Assembly (NCBI GenBank): GCA_963713825.1
Contig: CAVQNG010000003.1
Span: 1,440,001-1,504,000 of the forward strand
Direction: 5' to 3'
From: an uncultured Acidobacteriota bacterium
GTDB lineage: Bacteria > Acidobacteriota > Thermoanaerobaculia > Multivoradales > JAHEKO01
DNA: 64,000 nucleotides
Below, piece after piece: positions 1-8,725 of the stretch (positions are counted from its first letter, which is position 1; the number at the start of each line of letters is the position of its first letter). The notes under the pieces were generated by a model. It did not search any database and was not told the origin of the DNA. It saw only the letters and a program-made list of their open reading frames with translations. The translations under genes were made by a program, and so were the position numbers.

Positions 1-319
1 CGTAGGTGCTGTGACCGGCCGGGTAGATGGTCGCAACCTCGGGTCGGAAGAGGAGGTGGCAGCCACTCTCCTGAAGCTGCTCGGCGTCCTGCTCCTCGCT
101 TCTCGGGTAGCGCTCGAAATCCTCTCCGGGCCCGAACTGTGTCGGGTTGACGAAGATGGACACGATCACTCGATCAGCCAGCTGCGAGGCGCGGCGAACC
201 AAAGCGAGGTGCCCTGCATGGAGAGCTCCCATCGTGGGCACGAAGCCCACCGAGCGATTCTCGAGTCGCCAGGACTCCACCCAATAGCGAATCTCGTCAG
301 CTGAGCGGACGGTTTCCAC
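1..319 (-). CDS. panC: Pantoate--beta-alanine ligase (5' part; runs off window start)
   Basis: Minus-strand translation from GTG 319 gives VETVRSADEIR...VGFVPTMGALHAGHLALVRR, the PanC N-terminal signature; GAGG upstream; follows panB. Not in the supplied ORF track because it is truncated. Confidence 0.93.
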   Translation of the reverse strand, partial: METVRSADEIRYWVESWRLENRSVGFVPTMGALHAGHLALVRRASQLADRVIVSIFVNPTQFGPGEDFERYPRSEEQDAEQLQESGCHLLFRPEVATIYPAGHSTY

Positions 320-372
320 AGCTGTACCTCGCGTCGTTCATAGTTCTTGGTCCCATCGAGGCCTGATCGACT

Positions 373-1239
373 TCAGCCGTAGATCTTCCTGATCGGCTCA
401 GCGCTGGGAAGCGTCGGGTCGTCGTAGCTCTCCTCAGCAGAAGGGAAGTTGCCCTCACGGACGTCGGTGGCAAAAGCGCTCAACGCTTGGCGCGCTGCCG
501 AGCCGAGCTCAGCGTAGCGCCGGACGAATTTTGGAGAGAGTCGTTCCTCCAACCCCAGAAGGTCGTGGAAGACGAGGACCTGGCCGTCGCAATTGGGGCC
601 AGCACCGATGCCGATGGTCGGGATCTCGACCGCCGCGGTTACTTCCGACGCCAGATCTGCGGGTACACACTCCAGCACCAGGGAGAAGGCTCCGGCCGCT
701 TCGAGCTCCAGGGCCGCATCCTTAAGCGCCCGGCGCGGCCCGTCACCGCGACCCTGAACGCGAAAGCCGCCCAGCTTGTGGATCGATTGCGGCGTCAGGC
801 CAAGGTGGGCCATGACAGGAATCTCGGCCTCGACCAGGGCGGCCACGGTCTCCGGTCGCCGGCCTTCGATCTTTACGGCTTGGGCACCACCCTCTTTGAT
901 GAAACGAACGGCCTCGGCTACGGTCTGCTGAGGACCCAGGTGGAAAGAGCCATAGGGCATGTCAGCTACCAGAAGGGGAGTCTCGACGCCTCTCCTGACG
1001 GCTTTGACGTGGTGCAGCATCTCGTCCACGGTTACCGCCAGGGTGTCCTGATGTCCCAGGACGACCATCGCCAGGGAATCTCCCACCAGCACGATGTCGG
1101 CACCGGCCTGCTCTACCAGTCGAGCCTGGGAAAAGTCGTAGGCCGTCATCATGACCAGGCGCTGGCCGCGGGCGGGAGCTTGCTCGACCCAGGGAACGCT
1201 GATCGGTCGGTTCGGTTGCTGGTTTCGGTTTTCGTCCAT
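373..1239 (-). CDS. panB: 3-methyl-2-oxobutanoate hydroxymethyltransferase
   Basis: MTAYD, LVGDSLAMVVLG, VKIEG, HLGLTPQS and GIGAG motifs; ATG 1239 preceded by AAGGAGG. Confidence 0.97.
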   Translation of the reverse strand: MDENRNQQPNRPISVPWVEQAPARGQRLVMMTAYDFSQARLVEQAGADIVLVGDSLAMVVLGHQDTLAVTVDEMLHHVKAVRRGVETPLLVADMPYGSFHLGPQQTVAEAVRFIKEGGAQAVKIEGRRPETVAALVEAEIPVMAHLGLTPQSIHKLGGFRVQGRGDGPRRALKDAALELEAAGAFSLVLECVPADLASEVTAAVEIPTIGIGAGPNCDGQVLVFHDLLGLEERLSPKFVRRYAELGSAARQALSAFATDVREGNFPSAEESYDDPTLPSAEPIRKIYG

Positions 1240-1281
1240 CGAGTGCCTCCTTCTCTGCGCCGGCTCTTGCGAGTCGACATC

Positions 1282-1317
1282 AAAAAGCCCCTCTGTCCGC
1301 GATGAGACAGAAGGGCT
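1282..1317 (-). terminator. Intrinsic terminator / attenuator in panB leader
   Basis: AGCCCUUCUGUC-loop-GACAGAGGGGCU 12-bp stem ending in a U5 run, ~40 nt before the panB start. Confidence 0.8.
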
Positions 1318-1462
1318 CGGAGAGCCGTAGTACCCTCGACCGCACGATTCGGTCACCCCACTTCGAGGTGCCTGTCCCTGGTTTGAGATCAGGCCCGTGT
1401 GACCGCACTCGTCAGGCGACGGTGCTGGTTTCTTCCGTCTCGGTCCCTACTGGGATCCAAGC
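1282..1462 (-). ncRNA. Putative pan-motif-like cis-regulatory leader of panBC
   Basis: Two similar hairpins on the minus strand, each with a bulged A (CUUGG-A-UCCC/GGGA-CCGAG and CCUG-A-UCUC/GGGA-CAGG), then a terminator hairpin, directly 5' of panB. Confidence 0.65.
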
Positions 1463-2097
1463 GGTACGTAATACTGCGTGCCCTTGATGGGCCTCTGGAG
1501 CTGGCGTACCAACTCCTCGAAATCCTCTGACCGATCGACGAAGTTCAAATTGCGCGTATCGACTACCAGGAGCGGAGACCGGTTGTAGTAATGGTAGTAG
1601 TGATGGTACGCGTCGATCAACTCCGTCAGGTACTCCTCGGACATGTCCCGCTCGAAGCTCCTCTCCCGCTTGTTAATACGCTTCATGCAGGTGTCCAGAT
1701 CTGCCACGAGGTAGAGAACTAGATCCGGAACTGGAATCTGGGGCTCGAGCAGGGTGTAGAGCTTGTCGAACAGCAGCAGCTCGTCGTCCGACAGATTGAG
1801 ATAGGCAAAAATCCGATTCTTCGGAAACGTGTAGTCACTCAAGAGCAGGCGATCGAAGAGCTCTCTCTGCGCGATGTCCTGTTGTTGCTTGAAGCGCGAC
1901 AGCAGGAAGTAGAGCTCGGTCTGGAACGCCGCCCCTGGCCGGTCGCGGTAGAAGTCGGGCAGAAACGGATTGTCGACGTCTTCGAGGATCTTGACGCCTT
2001 CGAAGCGTCGGGCCAGCTTCTCGACAAGAGAGGTTTTGCCCACGCCGATGGGGCCATCGACGGCCAGGTAGTGGAAGGGAAGCGATTCGTTGCTCAT
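1447..2097 (-). CDS. Deoxynucleoside kinase (dAK/dGK family)
   Basis: YLAVDGPIGVGKT P-loop, NPFLPDFY, PDLVLYL; typical neighbour of panBC. Confidence 0.92.
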   Translation of the reverse strand: MSNESLPFHYLAVDGPIGVGKTSLVEKLARRFEGVKILEDVDNPFLPDFYRDRPGAAFQTELYFLLSRFKQQQDIAQRELFDRLLLSDYTFPKNRIFAYLNLSDDELLLFDKLYTLLEPQIPVPDLVLYLVADLDTCMKRINKRERSFERDMSEEYLTELIDAYHHYYHYYNRSPLLVVDTRNLNFVDRSEDFEELVRQLQRPIKGTQYYVPLGSQ

Positions 2098-2099
2098 GA

Positions 2100-3224
2100 T
2101 CAGGTTGCCGTCGGCGACTCCTGCCGCGGGTTGTAGAGCGTATCGCGTTCTACCGGCACGAAACCCGCTTCCTTGACGACGCGTTCCAACTCCGAGCGCG
2201 ACAGTGACTGGTCGGTCTGGGCACCAGCCATGTGGTAGATCGTCTCTTCTACGACAGTGCCGTCGATGTCGTCGGCGCCGAAGCTCAGGGCCACTTGCGC
2301 CAGCTTGGGTGTGAGCATAATCCAATAGGCCTTGATGTGGGGAACATTGTCCAAGACCAGTCGCGAGGTGGCGAGATGTCGCAAGTCCTCACTGCCGGTT
2401 GTGTGGTAAGTCAGCCCCATGTAGTTGTTCTCGGGATGGTAGGCCAGCGGAATGAAGGCATTGAAACCGCCGGTGTCGTCCTGGAGGTCTCTCAGTTTCA
2501 GGAAATGATCCACCTTGTGCTCGGCCTTTTCGACGTGCCCATAGAGCATCGTGCAATTGCTGCGTATTCCAAGGCCATGGGCGATGCGGTGGACTTCCAA
2601 CCACTCGTCAGCATCGAGCTTGCCGTCGCAGATGATCTCCCGTACCTCGGAGTGGAAGATCTCGGCGCCCCCTCCCGGCAGCGAGCCGAGGCCGGCTTCT
2701 CTGAGGCGTAACAAGACTTCCTCGAGGCTCATTCCCTCGCGCTTGGCGAACCATCCGATCTCGATCGCGGTGAAGGCCTTGAGGTGCACCTCGGGGAAAC
2801 GTTCCTTCAAACCCCGTAGCATCTCGAGGTACCAGTCCAGGGACAGATCGGGGTGGAGTCCGCCAACGATGTGGAACTCGGTGACCTGATTGCCGCCCTG
2901 CGTCGCCGCGTGCTCGTAGACCTCATCGTGCGACATGGCCCAGGCGTGATCTTCGCCAGGCAGTGCCGCAAAGCTGCAGAATTTGCAGTTGTAGGTATAG
3001 ACGCAGATGTTGGTGGGGTTGATGTGCCGGTTGACGTTGAAAAACGCCGTTTCGCCGTGTTTCTGCATCCGCACGGCGTTCGCCAGCTGGCCGAGGTGGA
3101 GGAGGTGAGGCGTCTCCAGACAGAGCAGGGCATCCTCTTCGTCGAGCCTTCGTCCAGCGCGCACCTTCGCCGCGAGATCACGCAGGGATTCGGGGAAAAT
3201 CTCGGGCCTGATTTGAGCAGTCAT
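2100..3224 (-). CDS. mqnE: Aminofutalosine synthase (radical SAM)
   Basis: NPTNICVYTYNCKFCSF cluster motif, HIVGGLHP, PGGGAEIF, HIKAYW, DGTVVEETIYHMAGA. Confidence 0.9.
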   Translation of the reverse strand: MTAQIRPEIFPESLRDLAAKVRAGRRLDEEDALLCLETPHLLHLGQLANAVRMQKHGETAFFNVNRHINPTNICVYTYNCKFCSFAALPGEDHAWAMSHDEVYEHAATQGGNQVTEFHIVGGLHPDLSLDWYLEMLRGLKERFPEVHLKAFTAIEIGWFAKREGMSLEEVLLRLREAGLGSLPGGGAEIFHSEVREIICDGKLDADEWLEVHRIAHGLGIRSNCTMLYGHVEKAEHKVDHFLKLRDLQDDTGGFNAFIPLAYHPENNYMGLTYHTTGSEDLRHLATSRLVLDNVPHIKAYWIMLTPKLAQVALSFGADDIDGTVVEETIYHMAGAQTDQSLSRSELERVVKEAGFVPVERDTLYNPRQESPTAT

Positions 3225-3306
3225 CGGGGGTGGGTCCGGTCGAAGGGTCGGCAGTATATCAAGGTGAACCAGGCGGCAGTGGGGTCACCACGGACTGCTT
3301 CGCCCT

Positions 3307-4176
3307 CTAGCCTCGAAGCAGGAAATCGACCCCGGTCGAGAGGAACAACCAACTGGCGAGTAGGCCGTTGGCCTGGAAAAAGGCCGCGTCGAGCCGCGAC
3401 AGATCGCCCGGCCGCACGATCCGATGCTGATAGGTGAGGAGGATCACGCAGCCGGCGACTCCAACCCAATAGCCCAAGCCGAGTCCAGGCGGGTAGATGC
3501 CGGGCAGGAGCGCCAACAACAACAGCATTCCCAGATGCAGAAGGCCGGAGATCCAGAGAGCAGCAACTTCGCCGAATCGGACTGGCACCGAGTGGAGGCC
3601 GGCCCCAAGGTCGAACTCCCGATCCTGCAGTGCGTAGAGGACATCGAATCCTGCGACCCAGAGAAGCACGGCGCCGGCCAGGACCAGGGGTGTTGGTGTG
3701 ACGTCGCCACGAACTGCCACCCATGCTCCCACTGGGGCGCCAGCCAAAGCGAGGCCGAGAACCAGGTGGGACCAGTGCGTGAACCTCTTCGAGTAGGAAT
3801 AGCCGAGCAGGATGAACAGAGCCAACGGAGTCAGGGCCAGGGCCAGGGGATTGAGCCTGGAGGCGGCAAAGACGAGCACCAGACAGTTGGCCAACACGAA
3901 CAGGCCTACGAACGCTGGAGTGACCTGCTGCGCTGGAAGAGCTCGACGCGAGGTGCGGGGATTGGCCGCATCGATCGTGCGATCGACCAGCCTGTTGAAG
4001 CCCATGGCGGCACTGCGCGCCCCGACCATCGCCAGGACAATCCAGCCGACCACCGACCACTCGGGCCAGCCCTCGGCTGCCAGCAACATGCCGAGGAAGG
4101 CGAACGGCAGGGCGAACAGGGTGTGCTCGAATTTGATCATCTCGAGCACGGTCTGGAGGCTTTTGAAACTGCTCAT
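3307..4176 (-). CDS. mqnP: UbiA-family prenyltransferase (MqnP type)
   Basis: MIKFEHTLFALPFA, ARSAAMGFNRLVDRTIDAANPRT, GFDVLYALQD; adjacent to mqnE. Confidence 0.88.
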   Translation of the reverse strand: MSSFKSLQTVLEMIKFEHTLFALPFAFLGMLLAAEGWPEWSVVGWIVLAMVGARSAAMGFNRLVDRTIDAANPRTSRRALPAQQVTPAFVGLFVLANCLVLVFAASRLNPLALALTPLALFILLGYSYSKRFTHWSHLVLGLALAGAPVGAWVAVRGDVTPTPLVLAGAVLLWVAGFDVLYALQDREFDLGAGLHSVPVRFGEVAALWISGLLHLGMLLLLALLPGIYPPGLGLGYWVGVAGCVILLTYQHRIVRPGDLSRLDAAFFQANGLLASWLFLSTGVDFLLRG

Positions 4177-4273
4177 AGCGAGTGCCGTAGCTTACCGTGA
4201 TCGTTCGATCGCCGCCGGGTTATCCAGCAGAGGTCGGGTAGCGTAGACTACAACGCCAGACCTCGCTGAAGAG

Positions 4274-6274
4274 ATGCCGAGACGAACCCTTCGCACCACC
4301 TGCCCGTTGGACTGTCCGGACGCCTGCGCCCTGGAAGTAGTGGTCCAGGAAGGTCGAGTCCAGAAGATCGGCGGTGGACGCAATCATCCGGATACAGCTG
4401 GGTTCATCTGCAGCAAAGTGGCCGGATTTCACCGACGCCTGGAGCATGAAGACCGGTTGCTGCACCCGATGCGTCGTGTGGGCGCGAAGGGAGAGGCCAA
4501 TTTCGAGCCCATTTCCTGGCCCGACGCGATTGCCGAGATCACCCAGCGTTTCCAAGCGATTCGGCAGGATTGGGGTGGCGAGGCGATCGTTCCTTTTCAC
4601 TACGGTGGCTCCAACGGTCTCCTGACGGATGACCTGTTGGATGATTTCTATTTCCGCAAGTTGGGCGCCTCGCGCTTGGAGAAGACAATCTGTGCTGCTC
4701 CGACCACCGAGGTCGCCAAGGGCATGTACGGCAAGATGCCGACGACCGCCTTTCAGGACTTTCCGCTGGCCCGTTGCATCGTGATCTGGGGAGCCAACCC
4801 GAAGGCCTCCAATATCCACCTCGTTCCCTATCTGCGTGAAGCCAAGAGTCGGGGCACATTCATTGCCGTCGTCGATCCGAGGCGCAACTTCTCGGAGGCG
4901 GAGGTAGACCTGCATTTGCCCATCCTGCCGGGTACCGACCTGCCGGTAGCCTTGGCGATGATCGACCATTTTGTGAGGATCGGGCTTGTGGACGAGACCT
5001 TCGTGGAGCACAACGTGGTCGAGCTCGAGCCGCTGTTCGAACAGGCCCAGACATGGTCACTGGAACAGGCGGCCGAGGTCTCAGGTGTCCCGGCCCAGTC
5101 AATCCAGCAGTTAGCCGAGATCTATGCCAAGTCGGAGCCGGCCCTGATCCGGTGTGGCTGGGGCCTGGAGCGCAATCGCAATGGTGGCCAGGCTGTCGCC
5201 GCTGTGCTGGCCCTACCAGCGCTGCTGGGCAAATTCGGGGTTCGAGGCGGTGGCTACACGATGAGCAACTCCGGCGCCTACTCGTTCGATCGCCAACAGC
5301 TGCTGGGCGACATGGACGAGGAGACCCGTAGCTTGAACATGACGCAGCTCGGTCGCTGGCTCAACGACCCCCTGGAGCCCCCGGTCAAGGGCCTCTTCGT
5401 CTACAACGCCAACCCAGTGGCGACGGTGCCGGACCAGAACGCTGTCCTACGGGGCCTCAGCCGTACCGATCTGTTCACCGTCGTCTTTGACCAGGTGGTC
5501 ACCGATACGGCAGCTTTCGCAGATCTTCTGCTTCCGGCAGTGACGTTCCTGGAAGGCAACGATCTGCGGGCCGGGTACGGAAGCTATGCGTTCGGCGGGA
5601 TCAAGCCGGTGATCCAGGCCCACGGCGAAGCAAAGAGCAACCAGGTAGTGTTCGCAGAGCTGGGCCGCTCGATGGGTTGGGACGACCCGCCCTTCCTATG
5701 GAGCGAGGAGGAGCTGCTACTGAGGGCACTCGAGGCTATCGAGCTCGCCGGCCAGCCACCACGCATGCTGGATCTGGCGGAAGGCCGAACCACTCCAGTC
5801 GAGTTCGAAGGCGGCGCTCCGGTTCAGTTTTCGACCGTGTTTCCGCGCACTCCAGACGGCAAGGTCCATCTGGCGCCGGAGGTCCTGGGCAAGACTCCCT
5901 ATCGTTTCCTGGAGAACCCGGTCTCCGACTTCCCGCTGGCCCTCATCACGCCAGCCTCTTCGCGGCGCACGAACAGCACCTTTGGCGAGCTCGAAACGGA
6001 ACCTGTCCGGGCCAAGCTCCACCCTGACGATGCTCTGCGACGCGACATCGAGCCCGGCGATCGCGTACGGATTCACAACGACCTGGGTGAAGTCGTTTGT
6101 CTGGCGGAGGTCGGGTCGGCAGTGCGCCCAGGGGTCGTGGTGATACCAAAAGGGGCCTGGAGGAAGGCCTCCTTCAACGGCTACACAGCCAATGCCCTTT
6201 GCCCCGACCACATCAACGACGTCGCCAACGCCGCCTGCTTCAACGACGCGAGGGTGGAGGTTGAGAAGGCCTGA
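4274..6274 (+). CDS. Molybdopterin-dependent oxidoreductase, catalytic subunit (no Tat signal seen)
   Basis: N-terminal CPLDCPDAC...C Fe-S motif, WGANP, VVDPRR, C-terminal LHPDDA...GD.V molybdopterin-binding domain. Confidence 0.9.
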   Translation: MPRRTLRTTCPLDCPDACALEVVVQEGRVQKIGGGRNHPDTAGFICSKVAGFHRRLEHEDRLLHPMRRVGAKGEANFEPISWPDAIAEITQRFQAIRQDWGGEAIVPFHYGGSNGLLTDDLLDDFYFRKLGASRLEKTICAAPTTEVAKGMYGKMPTTAFQDFPLARCIVIWGANPKASNIHLVPYLREAKSRGTFIAVVDPRRNFSEAEVDLHLPILPGTDLPVALAMIDHFVRIGLVDETFVEHNVVELEPLFEQAQTWSLEQAAEVSGVPAQSIQQLAEIYAKSEPALIRCGWGLERNRNGGQAVAAVLALPALLGKFGVRGGGYTMSNSGAYSFDRQQLLGDMDEETRSLNMTQLGRWLNDPLEPPVKGLFVYNANPVATVPDQNAVLRGLSRTDLFTVVFDQVVTDTAAFADLLLPAVTFLEGNDLRAGYGSYAFGGIKPVIQAHGEAKSNQVVFAELGRSMGWDDPPFLWSEEELLLRALEAIELAGQPPRMLDLAEGRTTPVEFEGGAPVQFSTVFPRTPDGKVHLAPEVLGKTPYRFLENPVSDFPLALITPASSRRTNSTFGELETEPVRAKLHPDDALRRDIEPGDRVRIHNDLGEVVCLAEVGSAVRPGVVVIPKGAWRKASFNGYTANALCPDHINDVANAACFNDARVEVEKA

Positions 6275-6289
6275 CCCTCCCACCTCCCC

Positions 6290-6527
6290 GGGGGTTGAGG
6301 CAGCCGGCGTTCCTTCGGCTGGTCTTTGAGGGCTTGGGGGTTAAGGAGTCCGTCGTACCTCCGGCCTGCCTTTGAGGCCTAGGGCAGTAGGGGCTTAGGG
6401 GCTTGGGGATACTGCAGTCTTGAGCCTTTGTTCCCCCAAGCCCTCGAAGACCGCTCGGCGAAGTCGCCGAGCGCCTCAACCTCAAGCCCTTAAGGAACGC
6501 CCGGCGGAGAGCCGGGCGCCTCACTCC
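6290..6527. repeat. Modular intergenic repeat copy 1: two forward and two inverted ~43-bp REP-like hairpin units around a G-tract
   Basis: GGGGTTGAGGC[hairpin]GGTCTTTGAGGGCTTGGGGG at 6290 is mirrored by CCCCCAAGCCCTCGAAGACC[hairpin]GCCTCAACCTC at ~6433-6483; same unit recurs at 33078 and 44739. Confidence 0.85.
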
Positions 6528-7141
6528 TGCTGAGGGTCTCCCCAGCGCAGACCCTCAGCACCGGCCTCGTGGATCCCGAAGCGGTCGAGCACCCGCAGGA
6601 CGTAGTGATCGAGGAAGCGGTCGAAGTCCTCGCCGCCGACATAGAACGCGGGAACCGGGGGAAGGATCACGGCTCGCAGGTAGGCGAGTCTTCTCAGGTT
6701 CTCGAGGTGGATCGTCGTCAGGGGAGTCTCGCGAAAGCCGAGCACGAACGGCCACTGCTCCTTGAGGGCCACGGCTCCGGCCCTATGGATGAGGGTCGAT
6801 GCGGAGCCGGTAGCAAGCGCCCCGAGACTACCGGCGCTGCACGGGATCACCGCCGTACCGGTCAGACGATAGGAGCCCGACGAGATGGGAGCGTCGAGCT
6901 CGTTGTCACGGTGAACGAGAACCTTGCCGCTTTCAGCCTCTGTCAACTCCGCTGCATCGATGAGATCGCCCGCCCCGGTGGTGCTGCGAGAGAGCTCGTG
7001 CTGCAGTACTTGACTCGCACCACGGGAAACCACGAGATGGACTCTCTCCACCTCGGAGCTCCGTGCCATGGCTGCGAGAACAGCCTTTGGCAGAGCCATG
7101 CCGGACGCTCCGGTCACCAACAGGGCTAAGCGATGCTTCAC
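6521..7141 (-). CDS. ubiX: Flavin prenyltransferase UbiX family
   Basis: VTGASG, APISSGS, PCSAGSLG, RAGAVALKE, RETPL, LPPVPAFY. Confidence 0.9.
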   Translation of the reverse strand: MKHRLALLVTGASGMALPKAVLAAMARSSEVERVHLVVSRGASQVLQHELSRSTTGAGDLIDAAELTEAESGKVLVHRDNELDAPISSGSYRLTGTAVIPCSAGSLGALATGSASTLIHRAGAVALKEQWPFVLGFRETPLTTIHLENLRRLAYLRAVILPPVPAFYVGGEDFDRFLDHYVLRVLDRFGIHEAGAEGLRWGDPQQE

Positions 7142-7148
7142 ACGTTCC

Positions 7149-8609
7149 TCATCTCGCGAAGGCGAGGTCCTTTAGGGTGGCCGCCAGCAATTTGAAGAAC
7201 CTGTCGACCGATGCGACGTGCACGCGCTCGTCTGGGGAGTGCGGGAACTCGATCTGGGGTCCGAAGGAGATCATGTCCATGCCCGGAATCATCTCGCCAA
7301 TCAGGCCACACTCCAGGCCCGCATGGATGGCCTCGATCTTCGGGTCCGTTCCCAGCTCTCGCTCATGTACCTTTCGCACCACCTGTAGGAGCTCGGATTG
7401 GAGGTCGGGCTTCCAGCCGGGATAGCCGCCACCCTCTTCGACAGTAGCGCCTGCCAGGCTGGCGGCTGACCGAATTCGCTGACGGAGCGCCTCGAGAGCC
7501 GATGCAACAGAGCTACGGCTCGAGAGTCCGATCTCCACGGTCCCATTTTGCGGCTTGACCGTTGCGAGGTTCGTGCTGGTTTCGACCAGGCCCGCAATGT
7601 CGTAGCTCATGGAGATGACGCCGTGGGGTAGCGCTACGACCAGCGCCATGACCTTGCCTGTCGAATCATGGTCCCAGACTTCGCCGGGCACATCGACCTG
7701 CGAAATCGAGAACTGAGCACCGGGCTCGGCAGGTCGGAACTCGTCTTGGATGGCTTCGAGCGTGCCTGTAATCGCTGCTTCGAAGGCCGCTCGATCTTGA
7801 TCGGCGAGCACCACCACAGCCGAGGCTTCACGGGGTACGGCATTGTGCTTGTTGCCGCCTTCGAGCCTCGCCAGGTGGAAGGCTGTGTCCTGCCCGACGG
7901 CCCACAGGGCGCGGGTCAGAAGCTGCGTCGCGTTGCCGCGCTGCAGATGGATATCGATGCCCGAGTGTCCCCCTTTCAAACCTTTGAGCTCGACCTTCAG
8001 GGCAACCGAGCCTTCGGGAGCAGGCATCTTCGAGATGGGCAATGACAAGGCGCTGTCGGCACCGCCGGCGCAGCCGACGCAAAGGCTGCCCTCTTCCTCG
8101 GAGTCGAGATTGATGAGTCGCCGGCCTTGCAGCATCTCTGGGTCCAGGTTCGAGGCGCCAGTGAGCCCTGTTTCTTCGTCGACGGTGAAGAGCAGCTCGA
8201 GGGGGCCATGAACCATATCGTCGGCCTCCATGATGGCTAGCATGGCTGACAGGCCAATGCCGTTGTCCGAGCCCAGCGTGGTGCCAGAGGCCGTCAGATA
8301 GTCGCCGTCCTCTCGAGGTTGGATCGGATCCTGGTCGAAGTCGTGATCGACATCCGAGTTCTTCTCGTTGACCATGTCGAGATGGCTCTGCAGGATGATG
8401 ACCGGACTGTCCTCGCAGCCTTCTGTAGCCGGCTTGCTGACCACGACATTGCCGGTTCCGTCCACCTGGAACGGCAACTCCAATTTCTCTGCATGATCCA
8501 CGACGTAGGCTCGAATGCGGTCCTCCTCTTTGGAGCCGCGGGGGATGGTGAGAATCTGATCGAAGTGCCGCCAAAGGGACTTGGGTTCCAGATCTGATAC
8601 GAAAGTCAT
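7149..8609 (-). CDS. pepD: Aminoacyl-histidine dipeptidase (M20C)
   Basis: LQSHLDMV, GTTLGSDNGIG, TVDEETG, GGHSG, IHAGLECG, HSPDE; ATG 8609 with GGAGGAG RBS. Confidence 0.95.
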   Translation of the reverse strand: MTFVSDLEPKSLWRHFDQILTIPRGSKEEDRIRAYVVDHAEKLELPFQVDGTGNVVVSKPATEGCEDSPVIILQSHLDMVNEKNSDVDHDFDQDPIQPREDGDYLTASGTTLGSDNGIGLSAMLAIMEADDMVHGPLELLFTVDEETGLTGASNLDPEMLQGRRLINLDSEEEGSLCVGCAGGADSALSLPISKMPAPEGSVALKVELKGLKGGHSGIDIHLQRGNATQLLTRALWAVGQDTAFHLARLEGGNKHNAVPREASAVVVLADQDRAAFEAAITGTLEAIQDEFRPAEPGAQFSISQVDVPGEVWDHDSTGKVMALVVALPHGVISMSYDIAGLVETSTNLATVKPQNGTVEIGLSSRSSVASALEALRQRIRSAASLAGATVEEGGGYPGWKPDLQSELLQVVRKVHERELGTDPKIEAIHAGLECGLIGEMIPGMDMISFGPQIEFPHSPDERVHVASVDRFFKLLAATLKDLAFAR

Positions 8610-8725
8610 TCGTTGCTCCTCCTGTTCAACGGCATTGTATCGTCTGCAGGCTGGCGGCCGGTCGGTTATTCGGGTCTTTTTTCCGATACAATCCTCAGGA
8701 TTTTCGACTTTCTTCGGAGGGTTCA

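Noticed and set aside
4274-6274. Mo-oxidoreductase as a selenoprotein target of SelA
   Set aside because: Reading frame is uninterrupted, with Cys (TICAA) at the likely metal-ligand position.
6290-6527. Possible mini-CRISPR (conserved flanks around variable cores)
   Set aside because: Only two units per orientation, cores are self-complementary rather than unique spacers, and no cas genes are present.
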